A stretch of DNA of 64,000 nt, taken from NCBI GenBank assembly GCA_964348195.1, contig CAYGBX010000009.1, positions 1,131 through 65,130 of the forward strand, in the 5' to 3' direction. Within the stretch, counting starts at the first letter, position 1; each line of letters starts with the position of its first letter. Shown one piece after another: positions 1 to 8,060 of the stretch. The notes under the pieces are model-generated. The model did no database searches. It saw only the letters and a list, made by a program, of their open reading frames with translations, and was not told the origin of the DNA. This DNA comes from an uncultured Anaerolineales bacterium (GTDB taxonomy: Bacteria > Chloroflexota > Anaerolineae > UBA7937 > JACPPX01). The position numbers and the translations under genes are program-made.

Positions 1-201
1 TGGGATGCGGCCAAGAACTGGAGGGGCCAGGCGGCACGGGCCCGGCTTCGGGGGATTCTGGTAGGGGCTCTCACATGGCCGCGGATGCTCGGGAAGCGGC
101 GTGAAATCCAGCGGTCTAGCCAGGCCTCAGACGCCTATCTGGAATCGCTCCTACAACCGGCGGACACTCCCCTCGGTGCCGCTCCGGGTGGCAAGGAGTA
201 G
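1..201 (+). CDS. possible 3' end of an upstream CDS running off the window (function unknown)
   Basis: Frame 1 is open from base 1 to TAG at 199-201 with mostly G/C third positions. No recognisable motif. Open frames arise easily by chance in GC-rich DNA. Confidence 0.2.
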   Translation, partial: WDAAKNWRGQAARARLRGILVGALTWPRMLGKRREIQRSSQASDAYLESLLQPADTPLGAAPGGKE

Positions 202-242
202 CTTGCCCTGGCGCTGGCTCTTGGCAGGTCACTCGGACTGAC

Positions 243-402
243 GCGGGAGCCGAGATTCGCCGCGCTGCTGGCGCACGAGCGGAAGGTCGGCGCTCTGCTC
301 ACGCACGAGCCGAAGATCACGGCGCTGCTATCGCACGAGCCGAAGATCACGGCGCTGCTATCGCACGAGCCAAAGATCGCGGCGCTGCTATCGCAGTGGC
401 GG
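243..402. repeat. 30-bp tandem repeat array, about 5.3 copies
   Basis: Units start at 243, 273, 303, 333, 363 and 393 (partial). Units 303-332 and 333-362 are identical (GCACGAGCCGAAGATCACGGCGCTGCTATC). Outer copies are degenerate. Confidence 0.9.
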
Positions 403-480
403 GGGGCGGGGGAGCCGGGTATCATCCCCGACATCCTTGCCTGAGGTCGTAAGATCGAGCCTTCGGACACGCCCCCCTAT

Positions 481-1218
481 TTGACCGTCATCATTCCTGC
501 CTACAACGAGGAGACCCGCCTTCCCGGGACTCTTCGCGAGGTGGCCGGCTACCTCGCGTCTCAATCGTATGACAGCGAGATTCTGGTGGTGGACGACGGC
601 AGCACAGATGGCACCTCCGAGGCGGTGGAGGCGGCGAAGGCCGAGATCCCTCACCTGTCCGTCCTCACCACGGAACATCGGGGCAAGGGCCACGCGGTGC
701 GGACCGGCATGCTGGAATCGAAGGGACAGCATCGCTTCATATGTGATGCTGATCTTTCCATGCCTATCCACGAGCTTGGTAAGTTCCTGCCCCCGACGCT
801 CGTCGACTGGGACGTGGCGGCCGGCTCTCGAGAGGCACCGGGGGCGGTGCGGTACAATGAGCCTTCCTACCGTCACCTGATGGGCCGAGTCTTCAACTGG
901 ATCGTGAAGATCTTGGTGGTGCGGGGGATTGAGGATACACAGTGCGGCTTCAAGTGCTTCACGGCCGAGGCGGCAGACGCCGTCTTCCCCCACCAGACCA
1001 TCAACGGATGGGGATTCGACGTCGAGGCGCTCTTCATCGCCCAGAAGCTAGGATTGCGGATCGTGGAGGTACCCATCGACTGGTTCTACCACGCCGACTC
1101 GAGGGTCCAGCCTCTCCGGGACTCGGCGGGGATGCTCAATGAAGTGCTCAAGATCCGGTGGAATGACCTCCGCGGTCTCTACCCCAACCGGCCCGGACAG
1201 AGCTCGCCGTCGGGCTGA
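481..1218 (+). CDS. family 2 glycosyltransferase (polyprenol-phosphate hexosyltransferase-like)
   Basis: N-terminus VIIPAYNEE...ILVVDDGSTDGT, plus a later DADL motif. Size and layout resemble DPM1/GtrB-like GT2 enzymes. TTG is the only start in the open frame and no clear SD is present. Confidence 0.85.
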   Translation: MTVIIPAYNEETRLPGTLREVAGYLASQSYDSEILVVDDGSTDGTSEAVEAAKAEIPHLSVLTTEHRGKGHAVRTGMLESKGQHRFICDADLSMPIHELGKFLPPTLVDWDVAAGSREAPGAVRYNEPSYRHLMGRVFNWIVKILVVRGIEDTQCGFKCFTAEAADAVFPHQTINGWGFDVEALFIAQKLGLRIVEVPIDWFYHADSRVQPLRDSAGMLNEVLKIRWNDLRGLYPNRPGQSSPSG

Positions 1219-1292
1219 AGCCCGCAGCTAGAAGAAACCAGGTGTAGCGTCGTCCTCTTGGGGCGGCGTTGTTGCACTTCTTCGGTTCTCCC

Positions 1293-1368
1293 CGCGAAGC
1301 GCCCGCTCGGCGCAGCGGCTGGCCTTTCCGCCCGCCGCTGGCGACTCGCCTTTCTGCTGGCTGCTGCC
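1293..1368. repeat. degenerate 25-26 bp tandem units of the dispersed core family (minus orientation)
   Basis: CGCAGCGGCTGGCCTTTCCGCCCGC / CGCTGGCGACTCGCCTTTCTGCTGGC. The reverse complement contains AGAAAGGCGAGTCGCCAGCG. Lies between convergent genes. Confidence 0.55.
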
Positions 1369-1513
1369 ACTGGGGCAAGTGGGCGACAAGAGGGGCAAGA
1401 GCACCTATGACGGGGGCGAGCCGGCGACGGAATGCTTACAGTTGGCTCTTGAGCAAGCAGAGGAGCCGCCTGTCGAAGCGGCTCCCTTGATCTAGCAGGC
1501 TGTACGAACTGGC

Positions 1514-2056
1514 CTAGAAGAATCCGCCCAGCACCCCCAGACCGACCGCGGTCCCGACCACCGCCGCCAGGAGGAACCCGCCGATGACGGCCATAATCAG
1601 CACGAGCACGATCCAGCCTATCACAACGGTGACGATCGTCTGCACCCACTCCAAATCCACCGCCTCCTTCACTGCCATGAACGACGCGATCAAAGCGAGG
1701 AGGCTTCCGAGTGGCACCAAGAATCCGAGGGCGCCGAAGAAGGCCAGAAGTCCGACCACATTCCAGACGTAGGCTAGGCCGAGGGTTCGGACGAGTTCAC
1801 TGAAGGAGACCTCTGCCTGAAAGAGGTTCCTCGCCAGGAAGTCCACAACAAATGCCAGGGCAGCGAAGCCGACTACGGACACGGCAGCGGCGACTATGGT
1901 CCCGAGGATGTGGCCGCCCGTGTCGCCAAAGGAACTCAGAAGCGCGACCACGGCTACGATGATCCAGGCGGTGGTTGTGAAGTCTGTGTCCTTCTCCACC
2001 TCCGCGTACACCTCGCGGCGGAAGGTGAAGGCACCCACGATTCGATCGGCTAGCAT
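1514..2056 (-). CDS. Yip1-family integral membrane protein
   Basis: 180 aa. Short N-terminal soluble segment (FRREVYAEVEKD) followed by about five hydrophobic helices, as in bacterial YIP1-domain proteins. Confidence 0.6.
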   Translation of the reverse strand: MLADRIVGAFTFRREVYAEVEKDTDFTTTAWIIVAVVALLSSFGDTGGHILGTIVAAAVSVVGFAALAFVVDFLARNLFQAEVSFSELVRTLGLAYVWNVVGLLAFFGALGFLVPLGSLLALIASFMAVKEAVDLEWVQTIVTVVIGWIVLVLIMAVIGGFLLAAVVGTAVGLGVLGGFF

Positions 2057-2236
2057 GAATCTCCCCCTTCGACGTGTGCTGAGAACCGACTACGAACGCC
2101 GGAACGGACCCTTGATCTTGCTCTGGATCCCCGGCAACTCCTTGATCCCGGAGTGCTAAACACCGGCCGGGGCAAGAAGTTTCTGTCGCCAGCACCGGCC
2201 GAGGGGGACGGTCTATGCGGCCCAGAGCCTGATGGG

Positions 2237-2346
2237 GTCGTTGGCCGGAAGCCGCGTGGCCAGTCCTGGGGGGGCGACGAGCGAAGATGCGGGTCGCCAT
2301 CCTCCGGGGGCGACAGGCGGGAAATCGAGTTGCCAGTCCTACGGGC
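2237..2346. repeat. three tandem 36-bp units, each a GGCGAC-N14-GT(C/T)GCC hairpin followed by CA(G)TCCT-CGGGG
   Basis: GGCGAC occurs at 2273 and 2309 (period 36). Units end in GCCAGTCCTGGGGG, GCCATCCTCCGGGG and GCCAGTCCTACGGGC. The array ends 7 nt from the tRNA-Sec 3' end. Confidence 0.7.
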
Positions 2347-2352
2347 AGATGA

Positions 2353-2450
2353 GGCGGGAGTGGATGGGAGTCGAACCCACCGGAGCCCGCTCCTCGCGGC
2401 CTCCCATCGGTTTTGAAGACCGTGGCACCCACCGGGGCACAACCACCCCC
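2353..2450 (-). tRNA. selC: tRNA-Sec (anticodon UCA)
   Basis: Minus strand reads GGGGGTGG-TT-GTGCCC-CGGT-GGGTGC-...CTTCAAA...-long variable arm GGAGGCCGC-GAGGA-GCGGGCTCC-GTGGG-TTCGACT-CCCAT-CCACTCCC-G-CC. It has an 8-bp acceptor stem, a 6-bp D stem with a 4-nt loop, a UCA anticodon in a CUUCAAA loop and a 9-bp extra arm. The anticodon stem has one A.A mismatch. Confidence 0.85.
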
Positions 2451-2668
2451 GTGCCGGAACATTCTATGGGCACGGTGACTGATGGTCAAGGTCCCTTGAC
2501 GGCCGCCCATGAGGATCGCAGCGGCGGACAAAGGGGCGAGCCGCCAGCGGCGCGCGGAAAGACGAGCCGCTGCGCCGAGCGGGTCGCTTCGCGGATCGGC
2601 CAGGCGGCCGACGGTCAAGGCATAGGTCCGTTGCCATTGCCTAGCTGGTGCCCGTCCGGACGCGGCAC

Positions 2669-2697
2669 TTGTTCGCTACCCAACATTGTGCTAGGAT
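2669..2697 (+). promoter_or_regulatory. candidate sigma-70-type promoter for the cytochrome operon
   Basis: TTGTTC (2669-2674), 17-nt spacer, TAGGAT (2692-2697), preceded by TGC. By eye only. Confidence 0.3.
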
Positions 2698-2794
2698 TTC
2701 GTCTACTGTTTCTGACTCCGCCCCCGAGCCGCTGCTTGAGCCTCCTCACCACCAGGGGCACACGGCGCGGCGGTTCTGGAGGGCGGAGCGATAA

Positions 2795-3553
2795 TTGGGA
2801 GGAAAGGTGCTGGGGGAGTTCGTCGGTCGGCGCTGGAGCCAGATCAACAACTACATCCGGAAGAGCCGGGTCTGGACATCGTTCTTCCGGAGCGGATACC
2901 CGGACAACCGTCGCGACCAAGCCCTTATCGTCGTCACCAACGTCTTCTTGCACCTACACCCCACCAAGGTTCCCGTCTCGGCGCTGCGCGTCACCTACAC
3001 CTACTGTCTGGGGGGAATCTCGTTTCTCCTCTTCCTGATCCTCACCGTGACCGGGGTTCTCTTGATGTTCTACTACGTGCCCAGCGTGGAGCGAGCATAC
3101 AACGACATCCAGGCGCTCTCTACGGACATAGCGTTCGGTCAGCTGATGCGCAACCTTCATCGGTGGTCCGCCCACGGGATGGTTTTGACGGTGTTCCTGC
3201 ACATGATCCGAGTCTTCTATACCGGCGCCTACAAGCCGCCCCGCCAGTTCAACTGGGTGATCGGAGTGACGCTGCTCTTCACGACCTTCTTTATGTCCTA
3301 CACAGGGTACCTCCTGCCCTGGGACCAGCTGGCGATTTGGGCGATCACGGTGGGCCACAACATCGCGGGATGGGTTCCCTTCATGGGACCCCAGCAGCAG
3401 ATGCTGATCTTCGGGTCGATCGAGGTGGGCCAGGATGCGCTCCTGCGTTTCTACGTGTTGCACGTGATCGGACTCCCGCTGGCGGCGACCGTGCTCATGG
3501 CCGTTCACTTCTGGAGGATCCGGCGGGACGGTGGGATCTCAGCGCCTCTGTAG
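2795..3553 (+). CDS. cytochrome b, N-terminal (b6-like) subunit of a bc-type complex
   Basis: Motifs LHRWSAHGMV, FLHMIRVFYTGAYKPPRQFNW and SYTGYLLPWDQLAIWA. The start could be TTG 2795 or GTG 2807 (GGGAGG just upstream). Confidence 0.9.
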   Translation: MGGKVLGEFVGRRWSQINNYIRKSRVWTSFFRSGYPDNRRDQALIVVTNVFLHLHPTKVPVSALRVTYTYCLGGISFLLFLILTVTGVLLMFYYVPSVERAYNDIQALSTDIAFGQLMRNLHRWSAHGMVLTVFLHMIRVFYTGAYKPPRQFNWVIGVTLLFTTFFMSYTGYLLPWDQLAIWAITVGHNIAGWVPFMGPQQQMLIFGSIEVGQDALLRFYVLHVIGLPLAATVLMAVHFWRIRRDGGISAPL

Positions 3554-3562
3554 CGAGGATTC

Positions 3563-4378
3563 GTGACTGAAGCGGTACAGGCAGCGGAGTCGGACCAACC
3601 CGAGACAGATCGGCAGCGACGCCACAAGTACTTGGCGTTGGTAGAGGCGGACGAGATCCAGCGGGCGGCCGAGGAGCCTACCATCAACCCCAAGGCCATG
3701 GTGTGGCCCCACCTGCTGGCCATCGAGTTCCTTGCGGCCGTCATCGTCATCCTGTTCCTCCTGGTATTCTCGGTGCTCCGTGACGCCCCTCTGCAGGAGC
3801 TGGCGAATCCGGATGTGCCTCCGAACCCGTCCAAGGCGCCCTGGTACTTCATGAGCGTCCAGGAGATCCTCCTCCACATGCACCCGACCTTGGCGGGAGT
3901 TATCCTGGTTGGCGTCGCGTTCGCGGGGCTGGCGGTGATTCCCTACATCGACAACAGCCGGCGCGAAGTGGGGCTGTGGTTTGGATCGGCCAAAGCGGTG
4001 CAGATTACTGTCTTCGCGACGATCTACACTCTCGTGATCACCGTGGCGCTCATCTTCGTGGATAGCCGCGTCGGACTAGAGATCCCGGGTACCGCCGGAG
4101 GCATGGACAAACTCCTCGAACAAGCGGGGGCGCCGGACGTGGTGGGAGCCTGGATTCTCCCGACCCTGATCATGGCGGGGCTCACGGCGCTTCTGGCCAT
4201 CATCGTGCGAGTTGCGTGGGAGGCCGATGTCCGACAGGTCATCATGGCTCTCTTCACTGGATTCGTGGTCGTCTATACAGTAACCACCGTCGTCGGCTTC
4301 CTGCTCCGAGGTCCGGACTTCGAGCTCTACTGGCCCTGGAACATGCCTGCGGAGTACAACCCCTGGGATGAGTTCTGA
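3563..4378 (+). CDS. cytochrome b C-terminal / subunit IV-like membrane protein
   Basis: PNPSKAPWYFMSVQEILL matches the PEWYF-type motif of subunit IV / cytochrome b C-terminal domains. Multiple TM helices. Immediately follows the b6-like gene. Confidence 0.8.
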   Translation: MTEAVQAAESDQPETDRQRRHKYLALVEADEIQRAAEEPTINPKAMVWPHLLAIEFLAAVIVILFLLVFSVLRDAPLQELANPDVPPNPSKAPWYFMSVQEILLHMHPTLAGVILVGVAFAGLAVIPYIDNSRREVGLWFGSAKAVQITVFATIYTLVITVALIFVDSRVGLEIPGTAGGMDKLLEQAGAPDVVGAWILPTLIMAGLTALLAIIVRVAWEADVRQVIMALFTGFVVVYTVTTVVGFLLRGPDFELYWPWNMPAEYNPWDEF

Positions 4379-4401
4379 GGTGACAGCCGGGATGTTCGGC
4401 T

Positions 4402-4917
4402 ATGGCTGAAGCATCGGCCGGGGTGGAGATCAGCGGCACTCGCCGTCAATTCATCCGCTGGAGCTTCTGGGCGGCGGCGGCTCTCGTGACGGCGGAGATC
4501 GGAGCCGCCAGCTTGGTCTTCTTCATGCCGAAGCTCAAGCTTGGTGCCTTCGGGAGCGTTGTCAGCGTCGGACCGTTGGAGGGAGTCCTCGAAGACCTAC
4601 CTGATGAGGAAGCCGATCCACTCTACTTCCGGGAGTCGCGGTTCTACCTCACCCACGTGGAGGATGGGCTGCTCGCCCTCTATCGCAAGTGTCCTCACCT
4701 AGGGTGCGTGGTGCCGTGGAACGATCCCGAGGACCAGTTCCACTGTCCGTGTCACTCGTCGCTCTATAACCGCAAGGGAGAGGTGCTGGGCGGTCCCGCG
4801 CCGCGGCCTATGGACCTCATGGCCATGCGACTGGACGAGGACGGGAACGTGTTGGTGGATACGGGCACCATCACCGAGAGGTCCGTGTACAGTCCCGATC
4901 AGGCCTTGCCCGTCTAG
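4402..4917 (+). CDS. Rieske [2Fe-2S] subunit with twin-arginine signal
   Basis: CPHLGC ... CPCHSS Rieske boxes. N-terminal TRRQFIRWSF Tat-like motif followed by a TM helix. Confidence 0.9.
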   Translation: MAEASAGVEISGTRRQFIRWSFWAAAALVTAEIGAASLVFFMPKLKLGAFGSVVSVGPLEGVLEDLPDEEADPLYFRESRFYLTHVEDGLLALYRKCPHLGCVVPWNDPEDQFHCPCHSSLYNRKGEVLGGPAPRPMDLMAMRLDEDGNVLVDTGTITERSVYSPDQALPV

Positions 4918-4964
4918 ACCTCTGATCGTTCGCAGCGCGCGGCGGCCATGAGTCCAATCTCGCG

Positions 4965-5639
4965 ATGCTGAGGAAGCAGTACCTCGGGCTTCTCTTGATG
5001 ATTCTGACCTTGGGCTTCTTCCCTGCCTATCTTCTCTACGAGCAGGTGTTCCTCCAGCCGACAGCGAGGGAGCAGCTGCACGTAGAGAATGTGGAGCGGG
5101 GACTGGAGATCTTCGCTGAGTTCTGCGTCCTGTGCCACGGCGATCGCGGCCAGGGCGGGATCGGGCTGCCTCTCAACACCCCGGCCCTGAGAGACCAAGA
5201 CGATATCGACATCTTCAACGCCATCGCGCGGGGCCGCTTTGGTACCGTCATGCCTGCGTGGCTGAAGGAGGAGGGCGGAGCCCTGGATAGGCAGCAGATT
5301 CAGGGACTGGTGGCCTTCATCAAGGACGGCACCAGGTGGGACGAGGTCGTGGATCACATCCCGCCGGAGGCCATGACGCCAACGCCTGTGGGCCCGCCCG
5401 ACGGCGCCGTAGTGTTTGACCAACGATGCGCGGCTTGCCACGGCGCCGACGCCGAGGGGCTCATCGGACCCGGCCTCCGGGACAACGCCTTCATACAGAG
5501 CGAAACCGATGAGGGCATGGTGGCTTTCGAGAAGGCGGGACGGCCGCAGTTGGGCATGCCTGCCTGGGAGGGGATTCTGTCTGAGGGGGAGATCCGGGCG
5601 GTCGTGGAATTCCTGAGGACACTGCAGCCGGAGTCGTAG
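4965..5639 (+). CDS. membrane-anchored dihaem c-type cytochrome
   Basis: Two CxxCH motifs (CVLCH, CAACH) and an N-terminal hydrophobic anchor. Last gene of the operon. Confidence 0.85.
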   Translation: MLRKQYLGLLLMILTLGFFPAYLLYEQVFLQPTAREQLHVENVERGLEIFAEFCVLCHGDRGQGGIGLPLNTPALRDQDDIDIFNAIARGRFGTVMPAWLKEEGGALDRQQIQGLVAFIKDGTRWDEVVDHIPPEAMTPTPVGPPDGAVVFDQRCAACHGADAEGLIGPGLRDNAFIQSETDEGMVAFEKAGRPQLGMPAWEGILSEGEIRAVVEFLRTLQPES

Positions 5640-5654
5640 AGGCGCGAGTCAGAT

Positions 5655-5692
5655 GGCGACGGGTGGAGAACCGAGTCGCCAGTCCTGCGGGG
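5655..5692. repeat. single copy of the 36-38 bp hairpin unit also seen at 2237-2346
   Basis: GGCGACGGGTGGAGAACCGAGTCGCCAGTCCTGCGGGG. It closely matches 2309-2346 (GGCGACAGGCGGGAAATCGAGTTGCCAGTCCTACGGGC). Confidence 0.7.
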
Positions 5693-5697
5693 TCGAC

Positions 5698-5724
5698 GGG
5701 CCGGGCAATGCCCGGCCCGTTTGC
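5698..5724. terminator. hairpin terminator between convergent genes
   Basis: GGGCCGGGC-AAT-GCCCGGCCC followed by GTTTGC. Lies between the cytochrome c stop (5639) and the minus-strand stop at 5751. Confidence 0.55.
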
Positions 5725-5750
5725 TGCGGGTTGGTGGCCTGAGAGGGCTG

Positions 5751-6701
5751 CTAGCCCTCCATTGGTGGCTCGCTCAACATCTCGTCCAAAGTCCAGGGAT
5801 GAGGATCATCTATCCAGCGAGCGTATATGCCTTCGTAGGTGCCATCCTCCACGACGGCACGCAAGGCTCGATTGATGTCATCTCGAAACGCCTCCTCCCC
5901 GAGACGGACGCCGATGGCGAAGGGCTGGCGAGACAGGAACTCTCCGACGATTCGATAGGATGGATCGTCTCGCTTCAAAGTCATGAGGAGAACCCAGTCG
6001 CTGACGAAAGCGTCCGCTTCACCGGCGTTGAAGGCGGAGATGGCTGCATCGTTCGAATCGGATATCACCTCAACAACCTCAATATCCAGTGAGGCAGCTT
6101 TCGTCTGGACGGCACTCTGTGTGGGCGTACCTTCAACGACGCTGACCCGCTTTCCAGCAAGGTCGATGAAGTCGGTGATCCCCTCTCCATCTCGAACCAA
6201 TAGCCTCAGTCCACCAATGAAATAGGGATCGCTCCACAGCGCGACTGCATCCCGAGATTGAGTGTGAACCGTTGTCCGAATGAGGAGCTCGATTCGCTCG
6301 TCAGCCAAGGCAGTGAACCTCTCACCGGCTGAGAGGCCAATCCATTCGATGGTGACTGCCCCCTCAAATAGCCAGCCCACAATGGACTCCGCCAACTCTG
6401 CCTCGAACCCTGAGTAGTCGCCTTCAACATCGATGAAAGGTAGGAGTGAGTTGGTGCGAGTCCCTATTCTGATAGTGCCCCGATCCAGAACTCGCTGAGC
6501 TAGATCAGAGACGTATCTGCTCTCTGCTGTAGGGGTAGGCTCAGGCGCAGGTTCAACGGTCTCCGTGGCTGCGGGGGGCGAGGTGCTGGTTGGTACCGGG
6601 GAATCTGCCGCAGGCGACGGGCTACCCGGTTGGGCACCGCAAGCTGTCACCGCGAGAACGAACAGCAATACATAGCAGAAGACGATTGGTCGCTGCGTCA
6701 T
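5751..6701 (-). CDS. amino-acid-type (family 3) ABC substrate-binding lipoprotein, orphan
   Basis: Lipobox LAVTAC and a Pro/Ser/Thr-rich linker, then a PBP2-like body (IRIGT...GFEAELAESI...SDPYF...VVEGT...). No permease or ATPase gene is adjacent. Confidence 0.75.
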   Translation of the reverse strand: MTQRPIVFCYVLLFVLAVTACGAQPGSPSPAADSPVPTSTSPPAATETVEPAPEPTPTAESRYVSDLAQRVLDRGTIRIGTRTNSLLPFIDVEGDYSGFEAELAESIVGWLFEGAVTIEWIGLSAGERFTALADERIELLIRTTVHTQSRDAVALWSDPYFIGGLRLLVRDGEGITDFIDLAGKRVSVVEGTPTQSAVQTKAASLDIEVVEVISDSNDAAISAFNAGEADAFVSDWVLLMTLKRDDPSYRIVGEFLSRQPFAIGVRLGEEAFRDDINRALRAVVEDGTYEGIYARWIDDPHPWTLDEMLSEPPMEG

Positions 6702-6861
6702 TGTGTTGCCTCCTCAGTTGAGATGTGGCGGTAGACTACCTCATTCTGCTCAGGTCCTGGAAGCGAGCCGCGTCGGCAATTGGTCGCGACAAATCCGAGC
6801 GAGCCTCGCAATGGACGGTCGAGTTCGCAGTGCCTCCTCCGATGGAGGGCCAGCAGTGGGG

Positions 6862-6981
6862 GTCGTGAATGGTGCAATTCTGTCTTGAACGGCTCCTGAG
6901 CGTCGTGAGCGGTGCAATTTCGCCTTGCGGCGTCCTTCGGGGTCTTGAGCGCGAGGCGTGGCTGGCGCAGTCGCCGCGCGG
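6862..6981. repeat. three tandem 40-bp units (third degenerate)
   Basis: GTCGTGAATGGTGCAATTCTGTCTTGAACGGCTCCTGAGC / GTCGTGAGCGGTGCAATTTCGCCTTGCGGCGTCCTTCGGG / GTCTTGAGCGCGAGG.... Weaker GCAAT-containing copies extend upstream to about 6765. Confidence 0.6.
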
Positions 6982-7000
6982 CCGGGGACAAGCCCTGCCC

Positions 7001-7480
7001 CTACCTCGAAGAAGCGCGGCCCGATGCTTGTTCGCGGCAGCTCTCCAGAAAGCGCTCGAGGGTGGCCTGAGCGTCGGGTGCCTGGTGGGCCTTGACCAGA
7101 AGGACGTCGCTCTTGTAGGTGGAGATGGCGAAAACGGGGATCCCTGCGTCTGCGAGGACTCGGGTCACGGCGGCTAGCAGGCCCACGGCGTCGAGATCTA
7201 GCTCGCCATCCAGAACAAGAGCGCGGAAGGGATCGGCGGAGGCGTAGCCCTTCAACTCGAAGCGGGCGTTTATCCACACGGTGGCGGGGACCACCAGGGT
7301 GATCTCATCAGGTCGTGTGATCAGAGCGGCCAAGCTGCCTCCCGCCCGATCGAGGATAGCCCTTGCCGCCTCCATCTGAATTGGGGGAAGGCTCACCAGG
7401 GCCAGCTTATCGGGAGCGACGGTCAGGCGCACCCTGGCCAGGATATCGAGGACGGGGGCAGGCAGCCGGATCTCGCCCAA
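7001..7480 (-). CDS. ACT-domain-containing protein
   Basis: 159 aa. The C-terminal segment LDAVGLLAAVTRVLADAGIPVFAISTYKSDVLLV is ACT-like. It is the last gene of the inositol-lipid operon, 1 nt after the upstream stop. Confidence 0.55.
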   Translation of the reverse strand: MGEIRLPAPVLDILARVRLTVAPDKLALVSLPPIQMEAARAILDRAGGSLAALITRPDEITLVVPATVWINARFELKGYASADPFRALVLDGELDLDAVGLLAAVTRVLADAGIPVFAISTYKSDVLLVKAHQAPDAQATLERFLESCREQASGRASSR

Positions 7481-7481
7481 G

Positions 7482-8060
7482 CTATCCGGAGGCCGTTCCG
7501 TGGACGTCGAGCAGTCTCTGGATGGCGGTCAGCACGGATCCGGCTGCGATCAGGGCCAGAGCCCAAGGCAGGAGTGACGGCCCGAGAAGCAGTCCCACCA
7601 CCAGGATTCCGATCCGCTCCAGCCGCGCGAACCACCCCGCCTGAGTGGGAATGGCCACGCCTTCCGACCGGGCTCGTGTGTAGGAGACCATCACAGATCC
7701 CGCGAGAGCCAGGTAGATCAGTATGACGACCGTCGCGTCAGTCCGGAATCGATACAGTAGCCCGAGATAGACTGCGATCTCGGCCCAGCGGTCCAGCGTT
7801 GAGTCCAGAAAAGCTCCAAAGGGGGAGATCTGCCCGGTGCGTCGGGCCAGCGCTCCGTCCAGGGCATCCAGGAAGGCAGCCACTGCGAGGGCCACCCCTC
7901 CCCAGGCGAGAGGAGCCACGGCGAGCACTCCCGCCGCCGCGAACATGGCCACCGCTCCCAGCAGAGTGACCTGATTGGGGGTGAGACCCAGACGCTCCAG
8001 AGGGCCGGCGGCGGCGTCCAACAGCGGGCCGCTCCATCTTCGTGCCCAGGGGCCGATCAC
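7482..8060 (-). CDS. CDP-alcohol phosphatidyltransferase (phosphatidylinositol-phosphate synthase-like)
   Basis: Signature DALDGALARRTGQISPFGAFLDSTLDRWAE (D-G-x2-A-R-x8-G-x3-D-x3-D). Polytopic membrane protein. Overlaps the GT4 gene by 4 nt. Confidence 0.85.
   Translation of the reverse strand: MIGPWARRWSGPLLDAAAGPLERLGLTPNQVTLLGAVAMFAAAGVLAVAPLAWGGVALAVAAFLDALDGALARRTGQISPFGAFLDSTLDRWAEIAVYLGLLYRFRTDATVVILIYLALAGSVMVSYTRARSEGVAIPTQAGWFARLERIGILVVGLLLGPSLLPWALALIAAGSVLTAIQRLLDVHGTASG

Noticed and set aside
243-402. Tandem repeat arrays (also 2237-2346, 19019-19285, 24283-24399, 35805-35865) considered as CRISPR arrays
   Set aside because: The repeats are directly abutting with no unique spacers. 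Units are degenerate, and no cas genes are present in the window.
135-470. 111-aa minus-strand ORF with a (CDSSAVIFGS)n repeat that could be read as a multi-core RiPP precursor
   Set aside because: It is the translation of the 30-bp DNA minisatellite. Related arrays elsewhere have periods that are not multiples of 3 and lie in clearly non-coding DNA. No RBS, leader-like region or maturation enzyme gene is adjacent.
1-1218. Frame 1 is colinear through the upstream partial ORF, TAG (199), the repeat region, TGA (442) and the GT2 gene. This hints at stop-codon read-through or a Sec codon at 442.
   Set aside because: I found no SECIS-like hairpin after 442. The intervening sequence is a degenerate minisatellite. 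Sharing one of three frames twice is not improbable in GC-rich DNA.
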